A DNA stretch of 63,784 nt, filler included, from Octopus bimaculoides (lineage: Eukaryota), in the NCBI RefSeq assembly GCF_001194135.2. It is 6 parts of 5 records of this genome, joined end to end, with 100 filler letters (N's around TTAATTAATTAA, not from the genome) between each part and the next. Parts side by side here need not be neighbours in the genome. Positions count along the whole stretch, not along the records: positions 1 to 19,390 come from NC_068993.1; positions 19,491 to 41,794 come from NC_068987.1; 4 more parts are not named here. One strand, 5' to 3'. A program made the translations under genes and the position numbers. The notes under the pieces were generated by a model. It was not told the origin of the DNA. It made no database searches and worked only from the letters and a program-made list of their open reading frames with translations. Of this stretch, positions 10,648-21,560 are shown in pieces. Numbering within the stretch: the first letter of the stretch is position 1; each line of letters opens with the position of its first letter.

Positions 10648-13000
10648 CAGGGGTTCTCAACCATTTTTTACCTATGGATCCCTTGATTCGTATTTTACTT
10701 GGCCATTTCATTAGCCATTCGATGTTTAAAAATCCTAGTGAATTTTTATAATTAAATATTATTAGGATTTGTATAAAACTTGCTAAAATATTTTGTGCAT
10801 TGTAGATGTATAACGAATTTATAGTACACAAACTTTAACAACGAACTAAATGTTATGGAAAATTAATGTCAACTAGTAAAATGAGTCATAAATGTACAAA
10901 GGCATATTTATTAAAAGAAGATAGTACTCTAGTGATACTTTATTTAATGCCAGCCTTGATGTTGATGCTGCTCTGCTAGTTTAGAAATATTCGGCTACAA
11001 CATTGTCAATGATAATTGAAGATCACCTTTTTCTACAGTATTGAGTCGATTACGAGCTTTTGATAGTAAGTTAGTAACACGGGTGAAACCAGATTCAACA
11101 AGGCAAAAATAAAGCCACTAACGTACAACTGCGCTTGCTCCCAGAGTAGTAGATACTGTGTAGTAGTGTCATTACTTTTCCATAGATTATGTTTTCCCTT
11201 CGGTTAATCTTGCCTGAAATATTTCATCATTGTGCAATTCAATGAGATTCTTCTGCAAACAGATATCCACATTAACAACATTATCTTCAAAAGGAAGTAT
11301 CACCCAACGCAGTACATTTAACTTCAGTAGGTCGTTAAACCGAACTTACGTATCATCATTCAAGTTTTTCAAGTGTTCATCCTACAATGCAAAGTCATCA
11401 TCATGCAGATTACTGCTAATTGATTCCAAACTAGGAAATTGTAAGAATACACGACGTAAATATGAGATCTGATCAATAAGTATCTGGACTGTTGCCATAG
11501 TAACGAAGCTAAAGCACGCAGAGTAACACCGCTTGACACAGATTGACCTTGAACTCTGTTGTGTATGTACACCAAGTTTTAACGTTCTGGTTCACTTCCG
11601 CTGTTTGCAGCAATGCTTGGAAAGAAGGTATGCAGCGTGTGATCGTCGCACTAACCATGACAGAGAAAGTTGTCGTGGTGATATCTGTTCAGAGGCCTAC
11701 GGAAAGTTGCAGAAAATGTAAAGAGAGGAGTGTGTGAGTCGCACACAAGTGTACGAGTGGTTCAGACCTTTCCAAGACGGCCGAAAAAATGTCGATATTG
11801 ACGAACATTCTGGGTGACCCGCAACCAGCAGAACTAAGAAAAATATCGCAGATGTGCGTGCAGCTGTGAGAGGAAATCGTCGAATCACCACCCATGAATT
11901 ATCAGAGGATGTGCAGATTAGTTATGGTTCAGTTCAGCCCACTATAACTGAAGATTTAAGTATGAGACGCGTGTCTGCCAAGTTTGTGCTAAAACTGCTT
12001 TCAGCTGACCAAAAAGACACTCGGGTTTATGTTGTACAAAACCTCCTTGATTGTGTGGAGAATGATGAAAACGTTTTGAAAACTTCGCTTAGGCCTCAGA
12101 GCAAGCTTTTGGCAAAATTTGTTGCAGATTCCCTGCTCAATTTTCTCTGTCATGGTCAATGCGACGATCTCATGCTAAACACGTTCTTTCAAAACTCTGC
12201 TGTAAACAGCGGAAGTGAGCTAGAACGTTAAAACTTAGTGCGCACGCATAGAAGAGTGCAAGGTCAACCTGTGCCGTGTGGCTTTACTCTGCGTCTTTTA
12301 GCTTCGTTACTACGGCAACTGTCCGAATACTTATTGATCAGACTGCGTAGTCATTTTGTAGAGCTATACTTTCCCTAGAAAAGCTCCCTTTTCTCCTTGA
12401 AGCTGTTTACTAAACAAACTAATTTTCTGAAATATATTTGATATATAAAATATATTACATTTAACTGCAATCAATGCCAATAAAATAACATTATTATGTC
12501 TCAAGGTAAATTTCTTAACTCGCAATTTGGCTAGTAGTTGCTTTTCTACATCCTTAGCTATTTTGTCAATGCACACTGATATTGATGAGTTACTTAAAGG
12601 AATCATAATTTTATGAGCATTTTGTTTTATAACTAATGAGTACTAAGTAGCTGATTCATCATTTTTCTTGGTTGAAATCCATTGCGTAGTTTTCTAAAAT
12701 ATTCTACCGAATTGTTTTTCTTGTCTTTGTGATTGGTCTCCAAATACATTTTAAGCTTCGCTGGCCACATACTACCATTTGACAGTACGTTCATAAATAT
12801 GAGATACATTGGTTTCGTTTTGTGGCAATGGAATAAAGGCATAAGATTGAATACTGTCGGTATTTCTTCTTAGTCGGAGGAGCCATGGGCAATATGGTAA
12901 ATTAAAACAAATATGCGCGAAAGTGCACAAATGACATACCTTTTAATAAGCGTTCTTGATAATTATAATTAATAATTTTGAAACGAAAAATGAACCCCTG
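10648..13000 (-). mobile_element. hAT (Charlie/ZBED5-SCAND3-like) DNA transposon deletion derivative
   Basis: Termini CAGGGGTTC at 10648 and GAACCCCTG ending at 13000. Minus-strand transposase pieces VLSNGSMWPAKLKMYLETNH, IPLSNSSI..IDKIAKDVEKQL, LQFPSLE...RFNDLL, GFTRVTNLLSKARNRL. TSD not retained. Confidence 0.82.
11463..12347 (+). mobile_element. Mariner element, internally deleted, nested in the hAT
   Basis: ~60-bp TIRs (TGAGATCTGATCAATAAGTA.../...TACTTATTGATCAGACTGCG) and TA on both sides (11461-62, 12348-49). HTH region VYEWF...RRITTHELS...RRVSAKFV; DDD domain absent. Confidence 0.92.
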
Positions 13001-14164
13001 GTACGATGCATTGTCAAGACCTGATGCTTTAACATATCTCACACATCACAGCTCATCTTTCTTAATGCAACCCAATAATATAACAACTCACCTATTACAT
13101 ACTCTACACACAGAAAACCAAAAGAAAACCAGACAACACAATTTACACGCTTAAAAGCATTACTATACACACCTCTAGAACACTATAATGCAGGAACCAT
13201 GGAAGCATTTACTAGTACAAAATTATTGAAAACATAGTGATAACTATAATGTAGCATAAACAAAACAATTACAGGATTATATTTGTCATAAAATCTTGTA
13301 ATTTGTGATGTTTTCTTCGGTGTTTCTATAGATGCTTGATTTCATATTTGAACGAAGAAATATTATATGGCTGATAATTTTGAACATTACTTTCATAATT
13401 ACAAAGCTAATTGTAACTATCTAATTTACACGAACGAGTCAAAAATGTAATCGTTATGAAATACATTTCTAATTAAAAATATTGTTATTATATGTTTTTA
13501 TAAAGTTCTTGACATAATTCGATATTATAATGTAATTAAGCACAAATAAACAATTTTGCAGCTAGACGTTCAATGTGCAAATAATTGATAATACACACGC
13601 ACACACCACGCACACACACACACACACACACATACACACACAAATACACACATACATATTTGTATACAGATACATACATATATGTATACAATCACACATG
13701 CATACATACGTTCATACATACATATATGTACACACTTGCGCGCGCGCACACACACACAGATGAGTAAAAGTTATTTCATTCCAAATGCAAAGTTCTGCAA
13801 TTTTCTAAATTTAATTGAAGAAAAAAGTAAAGCAATTACACTTTTGGCTGATTTGTATTTCACTGAGATAAGCTATAGCTTTTGCAGTCAAAGGATTATT
13901 TAGTGCAACGCTACACACCTGTTACATGTAATTGTATCATATATACAGGCTTTTTTTCCGTTATTTTCTCTAGAATATTTCAAGCGAAACTAAGACTAAT
14001 TCCTTCAAACATTTCAAAGCAAAAACTCAAAAGTAACTTATCTTTAAAAAATTCTAAATTCATGTTGAGCTTTTCCACAACGCGGAAGGTTAATGAGTTG
14101 CAAACGTTGAACAATCGTGGAGAAAACTTATTAGTATTCAATAATTATGGCTCATATAATTGTT

Positions 14165-16700
14165 GGCGCTGGAGTTACGTAGGATTCTAATTAATAATAT
14201 TGATATTGTACTAGACTACTGGAAATTCCAGGATGCTAATGGCTTCGATGCGATTTTTAGAGTTTAGTACAAGTTTTACACTCCTGCAGTACACCTTTCT
14301 TATGTTTTCCTTCATAGTGGCATGGCTTCTGTCATCTCCTTCGTTTATTTTCAGGCATTTATAAGTTTCTTGTGGGTTAAGTTCTTTCAAGGTAGTGTCG
14401 ATATCTAATTTAAGGGACATCATTTTTCTGAGGCTGCTTCTTACAAAAGTTATCCAGGCCAGAATCCACCCCGATGTCTCTGCCAAACTCTTTAACAGTT
14501 ACTGGCAGACCAGGTTTTGGTCATTCATTGCAAACAGTTTCTGATCGTCCATATATAAAAGAAGGTTTATCATCTTGTTAAGAATTCCCTACCTATATCC
14601 GGTGTTATTCAAATCATTTGAGAATAGGGTTAGTGCCGAGCAAAAAGTAATGGAGAAAGGGAGTCATTTTGAAAGATGCTTCGTTTAATGTCAATGCTGT
14701 TGGATTGGCCCATCCCATTACTATAGTTTTGAAAGAGACGTGTGTTTCATTTGGCCATGTTGTTTTGTAAGAATAGGAAGCTGACAAGGGAGATTTTGTA
14801 TATCTCAAGGGCCTTGAGTATCTATTTATGTTGGACACTATTATTAAACGCTTTCATGTAGTCTATCCATGTCGTACTCAGGTCCTTGTCTTTGCTCCGG
14901 GAATTCTTTAAAATCATTTTCTTTATGAGCAATTGGTCTTTGCTCATAGGAATGTCTTTGATAATATTTTTGAGCTTGTGTAAGGATAGAGTTCTGTTCA
15001 AGGAAAGCGTACATCCTTTCAGTTATAATGGATTTGAGGATCTTGGAAGTGGTACTGAGACATGTTTTTGGTCGATGATACTTCGTTTTTTTTTTTGTGT
15101 CATCAGAGCTTGAGTAGGTAAGTAGTTTCATTAGTCAGCCAGGCAGGTATTTGCTCTGGATCCTGAATGATATTTATTAGAGATACGGCGAAGTTTCCGA
15201 TTATTTCAGTCAAATAATGCAGCCATAAGTTTAAGATCCGGTCCGGTCCTGGGATTCTCCATTAATGAGATTTTTTAAGAATACATCTTAGTTCTATTCC
15301 TATTTATTCCCAGTTCAGTTTTTCGACTTCATCCAGTCTCTCTTTCTCACATTCTGTCCAGTGAGATACATTATACCATTTTTCGTTGTTCCATATCTTC
15401 CTCTAGGACTCTTCCACTTCCTCAATTTTATTTGGTTCCTTTACATCTATCTTACTTTTGCCAATTTACCTATAAAACGTCTTTGTATCTCTTTTGAATA
15501 TTTTGTTATGACGACAAAATTTGTTACTTTATTATACTTTCTAAGCCGTTAGACTTTCAACTGTAAACGCTGTTTCAACAATTCCTTAGACGCAAGAAGC
15601 TTTATAAGATCTTTGATCTATATTTTTGTTTGATTGTTCCAGCTTTTCTTGCTTCAGTATTTACCCCTTTAGTAAGTTCATCGAGAATTGATACATCTTC
15701 CGGCAGAGATTCAATCCAATTTAGCATTTTACTTTCCACTTAGAAGGTTTATTGACATATTTGGCCTTTTTCTTTGTATTCTTAATGCCAAGTTGAACAA
15801 TTACTACTTTTGCAATGTAATAGAAATGATTAATTAAGGTTGTTAAATCATTTCTCATATTTCTTAAGATCTGTCTTGGAACAACTTTATAGATCCTGAT
15901 TTTGTTGGGTTTTTTTTGCTATTCGAAAGCTTTGATAGTCGGTTTGTCTATTAACCATGTTAATAAACTCAATCTTACTGAGTTCTCTCATAATGTCGTC
16001 TTTTGCTTCTGTAATGTTTTCACTATTATTCACCTCAAATTCTCCATTATATCTATTTTGGTGTTATTGAGGTAGGTCTACGTTTTCCTCTTTTCCAACA
16101 CTTCTTTTCTTTACTATTCATTGTTCACCTTCCCCGATGCCCAAAAGAACCATTCTTACAATAGGCCCTATGTTTCTGTTGCTTATTTCATCTACATGGT
16201 TGCTATTTTCATTTGGTCTACCATGAGATATTTATGTCCTAATTTGGTCAATTTTGGCTTCAGTTAGTCTTTTCTTCTTAATAGCTTCATACTGCGTTGC
16301 CTACTATATTTCTCCATGAAGTGTATGTTTGTACAATGAAGTTATCGTTTGGATTTAGTTAGGCTGTCTAAAAAACTTTCAAAACATCTGTATCGTCCTC
16401 TCTAGTCCATTTTATGTGTTTTCTTTTAGATGGTGTTTTTGCCGGTGCCTCTACAGATCTAGGGTTAGAATTATCCTGGTTCTGGTAACCTGGTAGATAG
16501 ACTTTTTGAGAGCTTGTTCTAGCTGCTGACTTTTCGACCCCAATCTGGTTACTCACTGGGTAACACAGCTCGTGTTGCCCCGGGCGATGACCAATCCGGC
16601 ATGAGTTTTGGCTTATCATTAAAACATTGACGTTTAGATTTAACTTTTTAACTGAACACATTTACAAGTCCTTTGAATGGATATGTTTCCCATATCATAA
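14165..16700 (-). mobile_element. R4/Dong-clade non-LTR retrotransposon, N-terminus to RT, degenerate, 3'-truncated
   Basis: KWTREDDTDVLKVF N-terminal motif, YHRPKTCLSTTSKIL..IITERMYAFLEQN, LLYMDD and LNSKNRIEAI. Confidence 0.88.
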
Positions 16701-16809
16701 TCAAAAGAGGCTTATAGACAGCAATTCGCCTCTTTTTTTTTTCTTTTGGTAGATATATTTTCGGGCATAACTGCTTCGTGCTCTTTTAAACTCAGTGATT
16801 ATTTGCTAC

Positions 16810-16874
16810 TCTTTATGTTCGTTCGTGGAAAATCGTTTTGTTTTTGTTCTGCATTGCTTTGCTTGTGACACGTG

Positions 16875-16909
<35 letters not shown>

Positions 16910-17595
16910 TACTGCATCAGGGTAATTTCAAGCAAGCTTTGATCTTGTGCTGCGAGTATGAAGCCTCCAGTCTCTGCTTTCAATCTGAACTCTTCAACCA
17001 CTGATGGGTTGTTGCTTCATCTACATCAGAAATTTGGCTTCGGAGAATGTATTGTCCATGCAGGATTTCTGGTTCCACCACATCTCAATTTGTTTCTGCC
17101 CATTCTGTTTTGCAATCTGATTGGATCGTTTTATTTGCTTGGTAGCAGTGGTTTCAGGCTCCTCATCTAATTCAGGGCTAATGCCAAGTTTCCTTTCGAA
17201 TTTATAAGCTTCTTTGACAATAGAATGTGAATTTTTGTTGCATTCATGTTCGCACAGAAGTCGCAGCATCCATCCTCTGTACTGTACTAATAGACACACA
17301 CTCTGAAAAGTACGTGTTCATTCATATAGTGGAAGTCTTTATAGCACAGTTCTAATTGCATCATTCCTCTTCCCCCACTACTTCTGGCTAGGTACTGACT
17401 TACCTGACCAGACGTGGTAGGTCTACGTGGTGTATGTTCTTGGATGTCAATAATTTTCTTGCCTTCCTGTCCAGGTGTTGGAGTTCCGTAGGATTTCAGT
17501 TAGTGATGTTAACCTTTAATGGAGTACCGAAAGTGTCAGGAAGTTAATAGTTTCGATGCGGTTTTTAGAGTTGAGTTCCGTCTTCAGTACATGTA

Positions 17596-17596
<1 letters not shown>
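16810..17596 (-). mobile_element. R4/Dong fragment (post-RT to zinc knuckle), 5'-truncated at an (AAT)n tract
   Basis: VLKTELNSKNRIE..., HECNKNSHSIVKEA and FRLKAETGGFILAAQDQSL, with a (CA)n expansion inside the former coding region. Confidence 0.85.
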
Positions 17597-17694
<98 letters not shown>

Positions 17695-17729
17695 CATTAT
17701 TGTTATTATTATTATTATTATTATTATTA
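17597..17729. repeat. (ATT)n/(TAA)n microsatellite
   Basis: Directly visible. Further tracts at ~18140-18160, 18729-18799 and 18986-19024. Confidence 0.97.
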
Positions 17730-18140
17730 AGTGTGAGAGCAGTGCATGCCATCAAAGTGACACCGGGGTAAAATATACGAAGCCCAATATACCCATCATG
17801 ATAAGGGTACACCAGGCACAAGCATCACAGCCATATGTACATGACATGGTGATCTCATATCAAGATAAACAGCGCATGACCTTGTAGGTGGGGCCACTTA
17901 GAATTATCTTCATGGTTCGTTTAAGGATGTTGAGCAAAACACTCATGTTTCCAAAGGTGAATTATTCAAACCCCAAAGAATTCCTCTCAACACATGGCTA
18001 TGATGCTCCCCACTACTTCTGCTTATGATCAGAGATGCACATATCGTCAGCCACTAAGGGACATGGTCAACTGGTTAAGGTCAAACAACTGACAAGCAAA
18101 TCTGTGGTATTGAGCAGAATATTTGCTGTAGCCCATCTTT
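17730..18140. mobile_element. Unclassified non-coding interspersed repeat bounded by (TAA)n tracts
   Basis: No ORF. It sits between two (ATT)n runs among R4/Dong pieces and resembles a repeat I recall as abundant in Octopus. Confidence 0.45.
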
Positions 18141-18160
18141 TTATTATTATTATTATTATT

Positions 18161-18727
18161 GCTTTGCACAGCTTCTAACGCTGGAGATGTGCTACAGTGT
18201 CAGCTGTTCACTACCAGTGAACTAAAGTAACCCATCTTATTTTTCGAGTACCTTCCGGAGTATTCGAGCGGTTTCAAACAGTGCTATTTTCTCCAAGTGC
18301 TTCACCCTTATTGCAGCGCCTATTTGTTCCACGTACTTCTCGTGAGTTTTGCTCACTGTTCCCATGGCTCCAACAATTATTGGTACTACTGCTACCTTTT
18401 TCATCGATCACAACTGCTTAACTTCCCAAGCTAACCTGTCATATCTCTCGACTCTTCTTTCTTCCTTATCGCATACTTTGTTGTAAGCTGGGCATGCTAT
18501 ATCTATGATCCAGCATAGTTTGTTTTCTTTCTCAATTAAGACTATGTCCGGCTTCCTGTTCTCTATCTCATGGTCGCTCTGAATCATAAAATCCCATAGG
18601 ATCTTTGCATTTCTATGTTCGAAGATGCCTTCAGGTTTGTGGTCGTACCAATTTTTTGCTCTGTCAAGTCCATACTTGTTGCAGCGCGTCCAATGGACAA
18701 ACCTGGCTATATTGTCGTGGCGTCAGG
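18161..18727 (-). mobile_element. R4/Dong 3' end with restriction-like endonuclease domain
   Basis: RHDNIARFVHW...WYDHKPEG...KILWDFMIQSDHEIENRKPDIVLI...IIDIACP...KEERRVERYDRLAWEVKQL*...VPIIVGAMGTV...LRKVL, followed by an (AAT)n tail. Confidence 0.92.
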
Positions 18728-18733
18728 ATTATT

Positions 18734-18799
<66 letters not shown>

Positions 18800-18983
18800 G
18801 TTCAGTAGCTTTATTTTTTATAACGTGCTTTCACTTCACTACCGAGCGCAGCTCTGTGCGCCTTGGGTATGTGCTGTGGTTTGCTGTGGTGCTCTTATGG
18901 TTACTGTATTGAAAGTGTTTTGCGTAGGATGTGTGCTGTGCCCAGTAGTGCAATTTTCTGTATGTTATATATATTTGTAAGTC
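18800..18983 (-). mobile_element. Short R4/Dong 3' end (third family)
   Basis: LTNIYNIQKIALLGTAHILRKTLSIQ*, then a 3' UTR and an (AAT)n tail. Confidence 0.85.
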
Positions 18984-19022
18984 GTGTTATTATTATTATT
19001 GTTATTATTATTATTATTATTA

Positions 19023-19390
19023 TTACAAACATTTCCTCAGCCGCCCATTGTAGCCTTTCGACGGAATAAGAACATAAAAGAATTATTGACCTCTATATCT
19101 GACTCCAAGAAAACGAACATTGGAGTATCTACACGCTGTACCTTAAAGAACAACCGCAAGAGAGGTAAGCCCTGTTCATTGTGCAACAACATGAGTGAAG
19201 TGAATACCATCAAAAATCATAATAGAAATGTTATGATTTATACAGAAGGGGGAACCTGCAAAGATTCCCATTTAGTGTACGGTGCAGAATGCACGAAACA
19301 TAACTTGATTTATGTTGGTTGTACAACGGAACAATTAAACAAAAGGTTTAATGGGCACAGATTCGACGTCAGGCACAAGAACAGTAGTTC
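19023..19390 (+). mobile_element. Penelope-like GIY-YIG fragment (Poseidon-like), cut by a gap
   Basis: PPIVAFRRNKNIKELL...CSLC...TCKDSHLVYGAECTKHNLIYVGCTTEQLNKRFNGHR. Confidence 0.85.
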
Positions 19391-19434
19391 NNNNNNNNNN
19401 NNNNNNNNNNNNNNNNNNNNNNNNNNNNNNNNNN

Positions 19435-19446
19435 TTAATTAATTAA
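19435..19446. other. Artificial scaffold spacer TTAATTAATTAA inside a 100-bp gap (also 41839-41850, 49553-49564, 53444-53455, 61383-61394)
   Basis: The same palindromic 12-mer, with stops in all six frames, is each time centred between 44 N on either side. Confidence 0.93.
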
Positions 19447-19729
19447 NNNNNNNNNNNNNNNNNNNNNNNNNNNNNNNNNNNNNNNNNNNNAGTAAGTGAA
19501 GGTGTGTGTTGTAATGTATGAATTTTTTTGCATGTATGTGTAAGCGTCACTCACTCGCTCTCTCTTTCTCTCTCTCTTTCACGCACACATCATTCATATA
19601 CGCATACATAAATACGCAGAGGTAAAGAATACGTACACCACCCGTTTTTGGCATAACCCTGACCCTAAACACTGGTGTGCGTATTCTTTATCTTCTGCCA
19701 TAAATATATATGCGTACATCTTTTTGTGC

Positions 19730-19785
<56 letters not shown>

Positions 19786-20955
19786 TTGTATTTCCTCATA
19801 ATATATAGAGAAATGGATGTCTTTTAATGCAATTTTTATTGTTGTGGCTTATTTTAATACAATATTTGAATTAAGAGGGACTTTGTTTTATTTGTTCTGT
19901 TGTGAAGTGTAGTATGGTCTCTTCTTTTTGTTTTAAGGCTTCTGCAAAATTTGATCTGTTTTTGTTGCTGTTGTCACTGGTGGTAGTGGTACTGGTGGTG
20001 GTGTCGTTAGCAGAGGAGGTAGCTGTAGCAGCAGAAGTTGTTGTAGTAGTGGTGTTGGTGTTGACGGCAGAGTTGATGTCTATGGTGGCGGTAATGGTAT
20101 ATGGCGTTGCGGTATTAGTTTTGTTGTTGTGGCTGTTGTTGGTGGTGGTGGTGATGGTGATGACAGCGGCGTTCAAACTGTCAGGGACGTCCTATGGGAC
20201 GACCTAGATGAGATGATGATTGATTGATTGTTATGAAATAGTTTCCTGCTGAAGAACCAAGTGCGTAAAGGTGAATTATCAATCGCAAGTGCACTTATTT
20301 TGTCCTGACTTATGAACACTTTTGAAATACTACACCACCTCCCCACATAAGTATTCCACAAAAATCTCGAAAGACAATTTGTGAAGTTGTAATAGTTTGG
20401 GCGCAAGAATGGCTTTAAAGATTGGAAGTTGAGTTCCGTATAATCAGATTCGTCAACGGTTCTTCCATAATTTCCATTTTATCAGAATTCAAACCAACAA
20501 ACTATTCAGAGACAATGTATGAATTTGGATTGGAAATACATTGAATGTTGGAAAGTTCTCAGATATTTTAAAATACAACCATTTGTTAATGTGACTTTTA
20601 ATTTCATTCTCATTTATAATTCAATGATGTTACAATTAAGGAAAAATGAATTTCTGGTCGATTAGAAATAAATTTGGATTTTCAAATATAAAAAAAAAAA
20701 ATTTTAAATATAATTTCACTAACGAATCTAGCAATGAAAATTTTTTTTTAATGTTTTGCTAGAAATGTAGTAAAATAGACTATTTATTAGTTGGGGGGAA
20801 ATAATCGAATTTGAACCCAGAAATCTGTGAAGAAGAATCTTTTNNNNNNNNNNNNNNNNNNNNNNNNNNNNNNNNNNNNNNNNNNNNNNNNNNNNNNNNN
20901 NNNNNNNNNNNNNNNNNNNNNNNNNNNNNNNNNNNNNNNNNNNNNNNNNNNNNNN

Positions 20956-20990
<35 letters not shown>

Positions 20991-21339
20991 CAATAACGGA
21001 ATTCTCATGACGTATAAGATGTTTAATGGGAAACAGTAGAAAATATTCTTTGTCGTGGACAATCAGCTGAGACATTTTCGAAGAATATTGTGTTAAGTAA
21101 TTGAGTTTTGGTAATGTATTTGTACAATTTTCATCGGAAGTCTGTGTAAATTCATGTATTTTGTATAATTATTTCTTAAATGTCTTATATATTTCTAAAA
21201 TCTTGGAATAATTTTGAATTCAATGAGCCTTTTTTTTTTTTTTGCATCTTTGTTTTTTATTTTCATATATAACATATAAACACGTACATCTTTTAGAATA
21301 CTGCTCTCTCCACTGTGATAGAACTTCACCCATCTACCA

Positions 21340-21560
21340 AAGGGCAGCAAGCGTGAATGGAGGAAAGAAAACAGGGAAGAGATAGAGACGAACGCTTGCG
21401 CAGACCTAGACCCCCAAACCGTTTGTGCAAAGCAGTTTGGTCGCGGGAATGTAGGGAGAGTTTTACATTGACCAAGTTTCGAGTTTCCAGAAGATTAGGT
21501 CGTCAAAGTATTGGAGGAACGACGCATACAGTAGCTTAGGAATTGACAAGTAATTCCTAA
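21340..21560 (+). promoter_or_regulatory. Possible promoter / non-coding first exon upstream of the TRAF6-like gene
   Basis: Locally CpG- and GC-richer unique sequence, a TGCGCA motif and a candidate donor CAA|GTAATT near 21550. No transcript evidence. Confidence 0.25.

Noticed and set aside
11948-11975. CTGAAGA...GAGAC GCGT GTC hammerhead look-alike
   Set aside because: Lies in mariner coding sequence (TEDLSMRRVS); no stem II or stem I, and GAAA is absent.
16540-16740. HDV-like ribozyme at the 5' end of the R4/Dong element
   Set aside because: Looked for because such ribozymes occur in related clades, but found only a 9-bp hairpin and no nested pseudoknot.
14165-17596. Idea that the two R4/Dong pieces are one circularly permuted element
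   Set aside because: They overlap by ~100 bp (LNSKNRIE region) and are clearly diverged there, so they are separate copies.
20173-20447. Open minus-strand frame of ~90 codons
   Set aside because: No ATG or splice acceptor and no recognisable motif; its end runs into a short RTE 3'-tail fragment (~20184-20215).
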